Source: Gemmatimonadota bacterium
GTDB taxonomy: Bacteria; Gemmatimonadota; Gemmatimonadetes; Gemmatimonadales; Gemmatimonadaceae
Reading direction: 5' to 3'
Assembly: GCA_025358315.1 (NCBI GenBank)
Contig: JANYKA010000041.1
Coordinates: 1-61,944, forward strand
Length of the DNA stretch: 61,944 nt
The stretch's first letter is position 1. The number at the start of each line of letters is the position of its first letter. Below are positions 19,556 through 27,931 of this stretch, piece after piece. The position numbers and the translations under genes were made by a program. Below the pieces are notes generated by a model. That model ran no database searches. It saw only the letters and a program-made list of their open reading frames with translations, and was not told the origin of the DNA.

Positions 19556-20787
19556 TGCGCGGTAGACTGGCACGTACCCGGGTCGTGTTGACAGCAGTGC
19601 TCGTCACGCTGGCAGGCGCTACCGCGGCTGCCCAAGCGACGCCTCCCACCTCACCGCCGCAGCAGAACTCCACGGAGCGGCTGCAGAGGCAGCGCGAGGA
19701 ACTCGACCGCATCCGCCGCGAGCGCTCCGATCTTGAAAAACGGATGCGCGACTTGCGCACCTCGGTGCATGACCTCTCCGAAGAGCGGACCAACATCGAA
19801 CGTCAGGCGGAAGCCACATCCCGGGCGGTGCGGACGCTCGACCAGCAGCTGCAATCGCTTGGCGAAGAAGAGAACAATGCCACCGCCGACCTGATTCGCG
19901 CCCAGGATGAACTCGCCGGCAAGCGCGCCACCTTGCAGCATCGCGTGCGCGAAATCTACAAACGCGGCGCGATGTATTCGTTCGAAGCGATGCTCTCAGC
20001 GCAGTCGTTCGGTGAGCTGGTCGCACGCTACAAGTATTTGCACCTCGTCGCCCAGCGTGATCAGGCGTTGGTGCAACGGGTCGAGACGCTTCGTTCCGTG
20101 ATCGACCGGCAGCGGCAGACGCTGGTGCTGCTCCACGATAATGTCGAGACCTCGCGCCAGGAGAAGTCGGACGAAGAAAGGCGACTGCGTGGTCTGGAGG
20201 GAGAGCGCTCACGTAGCCTGCAACAGGCGCAGTCGAGACAAAAACAGGCGGCGGCGCGGTATGCGCAGATCCTCAGGGACGAGCAGAGACTGACGGGCGC
20301 AATTGCCAATCTCGAGTCAGAACGGAAACGGGCCGAGGGTCGTTCCGGGACGTCTATTCCCACCACGAGTACGCTCAAAACGAGCGACTTCGGCAAACTC
20401 GATTGGCCGGTTGAGGGCGATATCATTTACCGATTCGGGCGATTTGTCGGAAAGGGCGGTACTACGCTACGGTGGAATGGCGTCGGAATTTCGGCGCCGG
20501 AGGGTACGCCGGTAAAGGCGGTGACGGCGGGTACGGTTGCCGAAGTGTTTCAGAGCCTCAGTACATTCGGGCCAACTATTGTGCTCCACAATGGCGGCGG
20601 CGCGTACACGGTCTACAGTTCGCTTGGGAAAATCAGTGTGACCAAGGGCGCGAAAATTGCAAAAGGCCAGATGATCGGTACGGTTGGGAAGACAGATCCC
20701 GAGCTGGGGCCGCATTTGCACTTTGAGATCCGGCCCACGGGACAGCAGGCGGTTGACCCGCTTGAATGGTTGCGGTCGCGCCGATGA
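19552..20787 (+). CDS. EnvC-like murein hydrolase activator (coiled coil plus M23/LytM domain)
   Basis: 411-aa ORF overlapping the ftsX stop. It has a signal peptide, a long Q/E/R-rich coiled coil and a C-terminal M23 domain (GPHLHFEIR). The ftsEX-envC gene order is retained. Confidence 0.85.
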   Translation: MMRGRLARTRVVLTAVLVTLAGATAAAQATPPTSPPQQNSTERLQRQREELDRIRRERSDLEKRMRDLRTSVHDLSEERTNIERQAEATSRAVRTLDQQLQSLGEEENNATADLIRAQDELAGKRATLQHRVREIYKRGAMYSFEAMLSAQSFGELVARYKYLHLVAQRDQALVQRVETLRSVIDRQRQTLVLLHDNVETSRQEKSDEERRLRGLEGERSRSLQQAQSRQKQAAARYAQILRDEQRLTGAIANLESERKRAEGRSGTSIPTTSTLKTSDFGKLDWPVEGDIIYRFGRFVGKGGTTLRWNGVGISAPEGTPVKAVTAGTVAEVFQSLSTFGPTIVLHNGGGAYTVYSSLGKISVTKGAKIAKGQMIGTVGKTDPELGPHLHFEIRPTGQQAVDPLEWLRSRR

Positions 20788-21647
20788 TCGCGGCGAAAAA
20801 ATCCGCGCCGCTCGGAGCGCACATTTCCACTGCTGGTGGCGTACCGCTCGCGCCGCCGCGCGCCGACGATATCGGCGCGTCGGCCATGCAAATTTTCACC
20901 AAGCAACCCAATCGCTGGGCCGAGCGCGATGTTGAAGCGGAGGAGGCCAAGAAGTTCACGGCTGCTCTGAAAGCGAGTGGTGTGCAGTTCACTAACGCGC
21001 ACGACAGCTACCTGATTAATCTGGCCTCGCCCGATCCGGTGCTACGGGCGAAGTCCATTGACGCGTTCGCCGGCGAACTGCGACGCTGCCACGCGCTTGG
21101 TCTCGATGCCTGCGTGTCGCATCCGGGTAATTTTATGGACGATCGGGTGAGCGGCATTGCTCGCAACGCTGACGGCATCGTACAAGCGCTGGAACAAGAA
21201 AAAGGCGCGACACGTCTCTTGATGGAGCTCACGGCGGGCCAAGGCACAGTGATTGGGTCTACGTTCGAAGAGATGGCCGCACTGCTCAAACTGGTTCCGG
21301 CAAAACTGCGCAAGCGGGTTGGTGTCTGTCTCGACACCGCACACGTATTTGCCGCAGGGTACGATCTGATCAACGATTACGACGGCGTATGGAAGCGGTT
21401 TGACGACGCCCTTGGACTGGAGCGCCTTGGGCTGATTCACCTGAACGACTCCAAGGCACCGCTCGGGTCCAAAAAAGACCGTCACGAATTGATCGGTGAA
21501 GGGATGATCGGCAGCGAGCCGTTCCGCCGGATCATGACAGATCCGCAATTGGCCGGAGTGCCCAAGTTGCTGGAGACGCCCAAGGGCGACGACATGGTGA
21601 CGAACGACCGCCGGATGCTCAAGCTTCTGACGGCGTTCGCGGGCTGA
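20784..21647 (+). CDS. nfo: deoxyribonuclease IV (endonuclease IV, Nfo)
   Basis: I trimmed the start to the ATG at 20784, which forms an ATGA overlap with the upstream stop. Motifs HDSYLINLAS, CLDTAHVFAAGYD and HLNDSK are present. Confidence 0.9.
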   Translation: MIAAKKSAPLGAHISTAGGVPLAPPRADDIGASAMQIFTKQPNRWAERDVEAEEAKKFTAALKASGVQFTNAHDSYLINLASPDPVLRAKSIDAFAGELRRCHALGLDACVSHPGNFMDDRVSGIARNADGIVQALEQEKGATRLLMELTAGQGTVIGSTFEEMAALLKLVPAKLRKRVGVCLDTAHVFAAGYDLINDYDGVWKRFDDALGLERLGLIHLNDSKAPLGSKKDRHELIGEGMIGSEPFRRIMTDPQLAGVPKLLETPKGDDMVTNDRRMLKLLTAFAG

Positions 21648-21678
21648 CAGCTGGCTCCGTTGCAGTTCCCCCAGCTGT
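21647..21678 (+). terminator. possible hairpin terminator after nfo
   Basis: ACAGCTGG (21647-21654) pairs with CCAGCTGT (21671-21678) across a 16-nt loop. It is followed only by TTTG, so the U-tract is weak. Confidence 0.3.
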
Positions 21679-21681
21679 TTG

Positions 21682-21735
21682 ATCCGTGTTTATCCGAGTG
21701 AAATCCGTGCAAATCCGTGGCCCAGCCGTTTTTTC
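21682..21735 (+). repeat. phased ATCCGTG heptamer element, copy A (half element)
   Basis: Four ATCCGTG-like heptamers start at 21682, 21692, 21703 and 21713, spaced 10-11 nt apart, and end in GGCCCAGCCGTTTTTT. The core 21702-21732 is 30/31 identical to 51291-51321. Confidence 0.8.
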
Positions 21736-21784
21736 TCTACTCTCCACGCTAGCGAATTCCCATTGGGGTGCGTATTGTAACCAG

Positions 21785-22141
21785 ATGCCCGCGATTCACT
21801 TCCGCTCCCGCCACACCCGCGCCCTGATCCGGCGCTTGGCCCTCTGTGTGCTGTTCGCACTTCAGGGTTCAGTGGCATTGTCGCCCCTGCTCGAGTCGCG
21901 CGACACGCGCGCACCGGCGGCACACATGGAACGGACCGGTGAGCGGCATCTGAACGTGCATAACGAATCGACGTGCATGCTCTGTGCGGCCCGGGCGTTG
22001 CACGCCGCGCCGTCGTTGCCGACGGCACCTGTGATGCTCGGTACCCGACTGAACCTGCATCCGTCACAGTCGCCGAGTGCCGTTCCGACGTTCGACGATT
22101 TCGGCTCACACCACTCCCGAGCACCGCCCCGGTTGAGCTGA
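21785..22141 (+). CDS. small membrane-anchored Cys/His-motif protein upstream of czcCBA (hypothetical)
   Basis: I trimmed the start to the ATG at 21785, giving a 118-aa product. It has one hydrophobic helix (LIRRLALCVLFALQGSVAL) and an HNESTCMLC motif. It is co-directional with and immediately upstream of the efflux operon. Confidence 0.45.
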   Translation: MPAIHFRSRHTRALIRRLALCVLFALQGSVALSPLLESRDTRAPAAHMERTGERHLNVHNESTCMLCAARALHAAPSLPTAPVMLGTRLNLHPSQSPSAVPTFDDFGSHHSRAPPRLS

Positions 22142-22229
22142 ACCAACAGCTGCCCCAACGTTCGGGGCTGACTGGTGAGTGAGGCCGTTCCGGCCCCGCC
22201 CGAATTTCGTTCAGATGACAAGGGTCAGC

Positions 22230-23522
22230 ATGAAACAGTTCACACTATTGTGTGCATTGGCGTGTGCCGCCAATGCCGCAACTGCACAGAATCGCACACC
22301 GTCCACGGTCGCAGCCGACACGTTGCGATTGTCACGGCGTCAAGCCATTGCCACAGCGCTCCTCGCCAATCCGCAGCTCGACATCGCCCGTGAGCAAACG
22401 GCGCAAGTGCGCGCCCAACGTGTCGAGAACAACGGGATCATCAATCCGGCGCTCTCCTACTCATATGACGGCCAGTCCGGCTTTCTCCAACTCGGGACGG
22501 CCGCGGCGCACAATTTGAACGTCGGCTTGGGCATTCCCTTCCCTGACAAGTTCCGACTGCGAAATACCATCGGCGTCGCGAACATTCGGACGTCCGAGGC
22601 GCAATTCCGGCTCGCGCAACTATTCATCGCCGCGCAGGCTGGACGCACATACGACTCGGTGCTCGTCACCCACTTGCATCGTCGCGACCTGACCGAATCG
22701 CGCACCCTTTCCCTGAATTTTCTCAAGAAAACTCAGGCGCGTTTTGACGCCGGCACCGTGGCCCGACTTGACGTGATCCGGGCGCAAGTTGACGTCGCCC
22801 AATCGGACAATGACCTCATCGCAAATACCCGCGACGTGGCGAACGCAAGCGCCGCACTGAATCGCGTGATCGGGCGGCCTCTGGGGGCGCCGATCGAACT
22901 GCTCGATTCCCTTGTGGCTCCAACAGGAGTCCCGGACCTCGAGGCACTCGAGGCGCGTGCGCTCTCCATGCGCCCGGAAATCACGGCGATCGAAGCGCAG
23001 CAACGGGCAGCGCGGGCCAACAGCCAACTCACGAAAGAACAAGCATTCCTCCCGGATATCACGCTGGGCGCGACCAGAGATTACGCGTCGGATGTCGGCG
23101 CGCTCTATACCGCGGGCCTCGCGATGCCACTGCCAATTTTCTTTTGGCAGCATACGAAAGGTGATTTTGCCGAAACCAAGCACCGCGAACTCGAGCTTGC
23201 CGCGACGTTGCGTGACGTGCGGGCCGCCGTCGGCCAAGATGTCCGCGCCGCCTTCGCCGCCGCCGACGCGGCCGTGCGCCAAGCAACGTTCATTCGCGAC
23301 CAACTCCTGCCATCAGCGCGCGAAGCCTACCGCGTCGCCACGGTGAGCTACGGACTCGGTGGCCTTTCGGCACTCGACGTCCTTGACGCCCGTCGCGTAT
23401 TGCTTGACGCCGAGCGGCAATATGCCAACGCACTCGCCGCCGCCAACTCTGCACTGTCCGACCTCGAGCGCGCCGCCGGCGCACCGCTCAATACGATCGC
23501 CTCTGGAGCACACCGTGAGTAA
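22230..23522 (+). CDS. TolC-family outer membrane efflux protein (CzcC-like)
   Basis: I trimmed the start to the ATG at 22230, giving the signal peptide MKQFTLLCALACAANAATAQ. The body shows the duplicated OEP repeat pattern and sits first in an OMF-MFP-RND operon. Confidence 0.85.
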   Translation: MKQFTLLCALACAANAATAQNRTPSTVAADTLRLSRRQAIATALLANPQLDIAREQTAQVRAQRVENNGIINPALSYSYDGQSGFLQLGTAAAHNLNVGLGIPFPDKFRLRNTIGVANIRTSEAQFRLAQLFIAAQAGRTYDSVLVTHLHRRDLTESRTLSLNFLKKTQARFDAGTVARLDVIRAQVDVAQSDNDLIANTRDVANASAALNRVIGRPLGAPIELLDSLVAPTGVPDLEALEARALSMRPEITAIEAQQRAARANSQLTKEQAFLPDITLGATRDYASDVGALYTAGLAMPLPIFFWQHTKGDFAETKHRELELAATLRDVRAAVGQDVRAAFAAADAAVRQATFIRDQLLPSAREAYRVATVSYGLGGLSALDVLDARRVLLDAERQYANALAAANSALSDLERAAGAPLNTIASGAHRE

Positions 23523-24690
23523 GCGCCAATCCATTTATTCATTGACGATGGCCGCCAACGTCGCGGGACTCGTCTCGCTCGCACTTTTCAGCGCGGCGTG
23601 TGACTCCAAAGCCGCCGACGCCGGGGCAAACGCCGCCGCCGAGAAATCCAAACCGTCAGCGTTTACCGTGACAGACGCGCAACGGGCGCGGCTGCAGATT
23701 GTCACGGTGACAGCCGTCGGGTTCCGGCCGAATGTCGAAGTCACCGGCACGGTCGCGTTCGACGGCAATCATTCGACGCAAATCCTGTCACCAATTTCCG
23801 GGCCGGTAATTCGGCTGCTCGTTCAGCAAGGCGCGCTGGTGGCGGCCGGTCAGGCGCTGGCGACTGTTTCATCGCCTGATTTTGCCGCCGCTGTCGCCGG
23901 CTACCGCAAGGCGATTGAGGCAGCGCGAAATACACAGCGCATTCTGAAACTCAACGAGCAACTGTTCCAGAACGACGCTCTCGCCCGCAGTGCGCTGGAT
24001 CAGTCGCGCACCGACGCCGCCGCCGCTGCCGCCGACATGGACGCATCAATACAGGTGCTTAAAGCGCTCGGCGTGGATGACAACACCGTCGCCGCGATCC
24101 GAGACGGCAAGCACACTGGGCCCGTGGAGAGCGCAATTCGTGCCCCAATCGCCGGGACAGTGGTGGAAAAGCTGGTCAACCCGGGACAGTTGCTTACCGC
24201 CGGTGCGACGCCGGCATTTACCGTTGCCAATCTCAATACGATGTGGGTACTCGCCAACGTGTACGAGCGCGATCTCGCTCTGGTGCACCGGGGAGAAGCC
24301 GTCGAAATACTGACCGAGGCCTCACTGAAACCAATCAGCGGCTCGGTGGATTACGTCGCGGCGATCGTCGACCCGGGGACAAAAGCGACCACCGTCCGCA
24401 TCATCGCCAACAACGCGGAAAGGCTTTTAAGACGTGACATGTTTGTGCGGTTACGAGTGCGCTCGAGCGTCGAGCGACGGGGCCTGCTTGTCCCGGTTGC
24501 GGCAGTGTTACGCGACAACGACAATCTGCCATTTGTTTTTGTGACAAATTCGGACGGCGCGTTTCTGCGTCGCCGGATATCGCTCGGATACCGGGTGGAT
24601 GATCGCTACGAAATCACCGAAGGTCTTGCCGCCGGGGAAAAGGTCGTCGCCGACGGCGCGCTCTTCATTCAGTTTGCGGAGAGCCAGTGA
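23515..24690 (+). CDS. efflux RND periplasmic adaptor (membrane fusion protein, CzcB-like)
   Basis: The GTG at 23515 overlaps the OMF stop, and an alternative ATG lies at 23548. A lipobox-like LALFSAAC is present. Motifs typical of the HlyD/MFP barrel-sandwich are present (SPISGPV..., IRAPIAGTVVEK). Confidence 0.85.
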   Translation: MSKRQSIYSLTMAANVAGLVSLALFSAACDSKAADAGANAAAEKSKPSAFTVTDAQRARLQIVTVTAVGFRPNVEVTGTVAFDGNHSTQILSPISGPVIRLLVQQGALVAAGQALATVSSPDFAAAVAGYRKAIEAARNTQRILKLNEQLFQNDALARSALDQSRTDAAAAAADMDASIQVLKALGVDDNTVAAIRDGKHTGPVESAIRAPIAGTVVEKLVNPGQLLTAGATPAFTVANLNTMWVLANVYERDLALVHRGEAVEILTEASLKPISGSVDYVAAIVDPGTKATTVRIIANNAERLLRRDMFVRLRVRSSVERRGLLVPVAAVLRDNDNLPFVFVTNSDGAFLRRRISLGYRVDDRYEITEGLAAGEKVVADGALFIQFAESQ

Positions 24691-27600
24691 GCACCGCGCA
24701 GCAACCAGAAACGCCGAGTCACGTTGACGCTGCGCGGCCCTCGTTCGCCAACCGGATTGTCCGCTCGGCACTGGACCAATGGTTTTTGGTCGCCCTGTTC
24801 GGCTTGATCCTGATTGGCGTGGGCATCTGGTCGTTCCAGCACCTGCCGGTCGATGCCTATCCTGACCTGTCGCCACCAATGGTGGAGATTTCGACGCCAT
24901 GGCCCGGCCACGCCGCCGAAGAAATCGAGCGGCTGGTTACGGTACCGCTCGAGACGGAAATGAACGGCGTCGAACGGGTGAAAGTCGTGCGGTCCATTTC
25001 CCTCTACGGACTTTCCGATATTCGTATGACGTTCGTGGACGGGACCGACCCGTACTTTGCGCGCCAGCGGGTTCTCGAGCATTTGCCCAATGCCACGTTG
25101 CCTGCCGGCGTCACCGCCGGCATCGCCGCATTGTTTGCGCCATCCGGTCTGGTCTACCGCTATACCATCGACAGTCCGGACCGCTCCACGATGGAGCTGA
25201 AAGTCATCAACGACTGGATCCTCACCAAGGCGTACAAAGGCGTGCCAGGGGTCGCGGACATGGCGAACCTCGGCGGCAAAACCATGCAGTACCAAGTGCT
25301 GGTCGATCCCACCAAGCTGGCCGGTGCCGGACTTTCCATCTCGGATGTCACCGCCGCCCTCGGGGCGAATAACAGCAATGCCGGCGGCGGATTCTATTCG
25401 GAAGGCGGCCAGTTCTACTACGTAAGGGGACTGGCCCTCCTGAGTACGAACACCGACATCGCCAACGTGGTCGTCACGACGAAGAACGGGATTCCGGTGC
25501 TGGTGAAAGATATCGGGACCGTCGAAATCGGTTTTGCTCCGCGACTTGGCCAGTTCGGATTCAACGATCGTGACGACGCCGTCGAAGGTATCGTGCTGAT
25601 GCGCAAAGGCGAACAGGCGCAAACGGTGCTCAAGCGGGTCGCGGCCAAGACGAAGGAACTCAACGACCACATTCTGCCAAAGGACGTGAAGATTCACCCG
25701 TTCTACGACCGGACGGATCTCATCCATAACACGACAAGCGTGGTTGAAGACAATCTGCTCCGCGGAATCGTGCTGGTGATCATCGTGCTGGTGTTTTTCC
25801 TTTTCGACGTGCGTTCGGGGTTGATCGTCGCCACGACAATTCCGCTCGCCCTTTTGTTCGCGTTTATCTGTCTGGATCTCCGGCATATCCCGGCAAATCT
25901 GCTCTCGATAGGAGCGATTGACTTTGGCATTCTCGTCGATGGCGCCGTGGTCATGGTCGAGAACATTTATCGACAACTTGCTCTTCGTCACGGAACGAAA
26001 TATTCAGTACGCGATGTGATCGTCGAGGCCGCCGCGGAAGTCGATCGGCCGGTCGTCTACGCCGTCGCCGTGATCGTGGCGGGGTTCCTGCCGATTTACG
26101 TGCTCACCGGCCCGTCCGGCCGCCTGTTTACGCCGATGGCCGATACGATGATCTACGCCCTGATCGGGGCGCTGATTCTCACGCTGACGTTGATTCCCGT
26201 ATTGTGCTTATGGTTCCTGCGCCATGGAGTTCGTGAGCGGCATAACGCTGCCTTCGCGTGGATGAAAGACCGCTATGCGCGGATGCTCGACTGGAGCTTG
26301 GCGCACAAAGGTTCGGTGATTGGCGGAAGCGTAGGGCTATTCATTGTCTCGATTGCCCTCACCTTTGTGGTCGGCGCCGAATTTATGCCGACGCTGGACG
26401 AGGGCGCTCTGTGGGTGCGGGCAACGTTGCCGTACACCATCTCGCTCGAGGAATCTTCGGCCATCGTGCCGAAGATTCGTGCCATCCTGAAGTCGTTCCC
26501 GGAAGTCACCGACGTCGCATCTGAGCACGGCCGCGATGACGGTGGCGTTGACCCAACCGGATTTTTCAACGCCGAATTTTTCGTTGGTCTCAAGCCGTAC
26601 GGTGAGTGGTCGAAAGACTACCCCACCAAAAAGGCCCTGATCAACGCTATCGACAAAAAGCTGTCGTCCTTTCCCGGTATCATCATCAACTTCTCCCAGC
26701 CGGCGAACGACGCCGTACAGGAAGCGGAAACCGGCCTCAAGAGTTCGCTCGATGTGAAACTTTTCGGTTCGGACCTCAATGTGCTCCAGGCCAAAGGGCT
26801 CGAGATCAAACACCTGATCGAAAAAGTTCGCGGCATTGCTCACGTCACGCTCGTCCAGGAACTGGGCCAGCCCTCGCTCACGCTGACCGTGGACCGGGCG
26901 AAACTGGCGCGCTATGGACTCAGCGCCGCGACGGTAAACGGAATCATCGAATCGGCGGTCGGGGGTGTAGCCGCCACGCAGGTCATTCAGGGCGAACAGA
27001 CGTTCGACCTCGTCGTGCGACTGCAACCGAAATTCCGTGGGACGCCAGAGGCCATCGGCAATGTGCTCGTCGCCACGCCATCGGGAAGTCAGATCCCGCT
27101 GCGCGAGGTGGCGAACATCCAGGAAACCAACGGCGCGTCGTTCATTTATCGACAGGACAATGCGCGCTATATCGGCATCCAGTACTCCGTCGAAGGGCGG
27201 GACCTCGCGAGTGCCGTCCAAGACGCGCAGGCCCAGGTGGCAAAGGTCATCAAATTGCCCACGGGATACCACGCGGCTTGGGGCGGCGAGTTCGAGGAGT
27301 ACAACCAGAGCCGCGCGCAGTTGCAGATTGTACTGCCGATTACGATCGCGCTCATCTTTATGTTGCTGTTCTTTCTTTATCACAACTTCAAGTTCCCGCT
27401 GATCACAATCATTGGTGTGGTATTGTCCGCTCCGGTTGGCGGACTGCTCGCGCTCGTGCTGACAGGCACGCCGTTCTCCGTGTCATCGGGCATCGGCTTT
27501 CTGGCGCTGTTTGGCGTGTCGGTGCAGACGGCCGTTGTCTACATCTCGTATGCGAACGAACTGCGGCTCAACGGCCAGAGAATCATCGAGGCGACGCGCG

Positions 27601-27821
27601 AGGCAGCACTGCTCCGGCTGCGGCCCATCATGATGACAGCGCTCGTCGCGGCCTTCGGCCTACTGCCGGCGGCGCTGGCGAGCGGCGTCGGCGCGGATTC
27701 GCAGCGGCCATTCGCTCTGGTGATAGTTGGCGGACTGTTTTCCAGACTGCTGATCAGCGTGTTCCTGATGCCGGTACTGTATCAGGTTGCCGCGCGGCCG
27801 GGAGACCACCTCGAGGTCTGA
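24687..27821 (+). CDS. czcA: heavy-metal efflux RND pump, CzcA/CusA family
   Basis: 1044-aa ORF with a GTGA overlap with the MFP gene. The N-terminus VDAYPDLSPPMVEISTPWPGHAAEEIERLVTVPLE and the TM4 motif AIDFGILVDGAVVMVEN are the HME (divalent-cation type) signature. Confidence 0.9.
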   Translation: MSTAQQPETPSHVDAARPSFANRIVRSALDQWFLVALFGLILIGVGIWSFQHLPVDAYPDLSPPMVEISTPWPGHAAEEIERLVTVPLETEMNGVERVKVVRSISLYGLSDIRMTFVDGTDPYFARQRVLEHLPNATLPAGVTAGIAALFAPSGLVYRYTIDSPDRSTMELKVINDWILTKAYKGVPGVADMANLGGKTMQYQVLVDPTKLAGAGLSISDVTAALGANNSNAGGGFYSEGGQFYYVRGLALLSTNTDIANVVVTTKNGIPVLVKDIGTVEIGFAPRLGQFGFNDRDDAVEGIVLMRKGEQAQTVLKRVAAKTKELNDHILPKDVKIHPFYDRTDLIHNTTSVVEDNLLRGIVLVIIVLVFFLFDVRSGLIVATTIPLALLFAFICLDLRHIPANLLSIGAIDFGILVDGAVVMVENIYRQLALRHGTKYSVRDVIVEAAAEVDRPVVYAVAVIVAGFLPIYVLTGPSGRLFTPMADTMIYALIGALILTLTLIPVLCLWFLRHGVRERHNAAFAWMKDRYARMLDWSLAHKGSVIGGSVGLFIVSIALTFVVGAEFMPTLDEGALWVRATLPYTISLEESSAIVPKIRAILKSFPEVTDVASEHGRDDGGVDPTGFFNAEFFVGLKPYGEWSKDYPTKKALINAIDKKLSSFPGIIINFSQPANDAVQEAETGLKSSLDVKLFGSDLNVLQAKGLEIKHLIEKVRGIAHVTLVQELGQPSLTLTVDRAKLARYGLSAATVNGIIESAVGGVAATQVIQGEQTFDLVVRLQPKFRGTPEAIGNVLVATPSGSQIPLREVANIQETNGASFIYRQDNARYIGIQYSVEGRDLASAVQDAQAQVAKVIKLPTGYHAAWGGEFEEYNQSRAQLQIVLPITIALIFMLLFFLYHNFKFPLITIIGVVLSAPVGGLLALVLTGTPFSVSSGIGFLALFGVSVQTAVVYISYANELRLNGQRIIEATREAALLRLRPIMMTALVAAFGLLPAALASGVGADSQRPFALVIVGGLFSRLLISVFLMPVLYQVAARPGDHLEV

Positions 27822-27931
27822 ACCGACCCGCGGACGTACCCACTTGAGCAGGGGCATTTGGGAACCGGTAGTAGCACAATTTGTCCGAAAGTCTGACCCC
27901 TGCCTGCTCAGCCAGTTAACTTGCACGTCTC

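Noticed and set aside
24669-27383. Long antisense ORFs opposite czcA (24669-25991, 440 aa; 26337-27383, 348 aa). Similar ones lie opposite lepA (10269-11144), mfd (5150-6250), maeB (27908-28810), pckA (30760-31575), uvrA (37837-38490, 40146-40913) and holB (49851-50660).
   Set aside because: All lie opposite genes with unambiguous family motifs. They have low-complexity R/A/G/H-rich composition and no motifs, so they are GC-driven stop-codon depletion artefacts.
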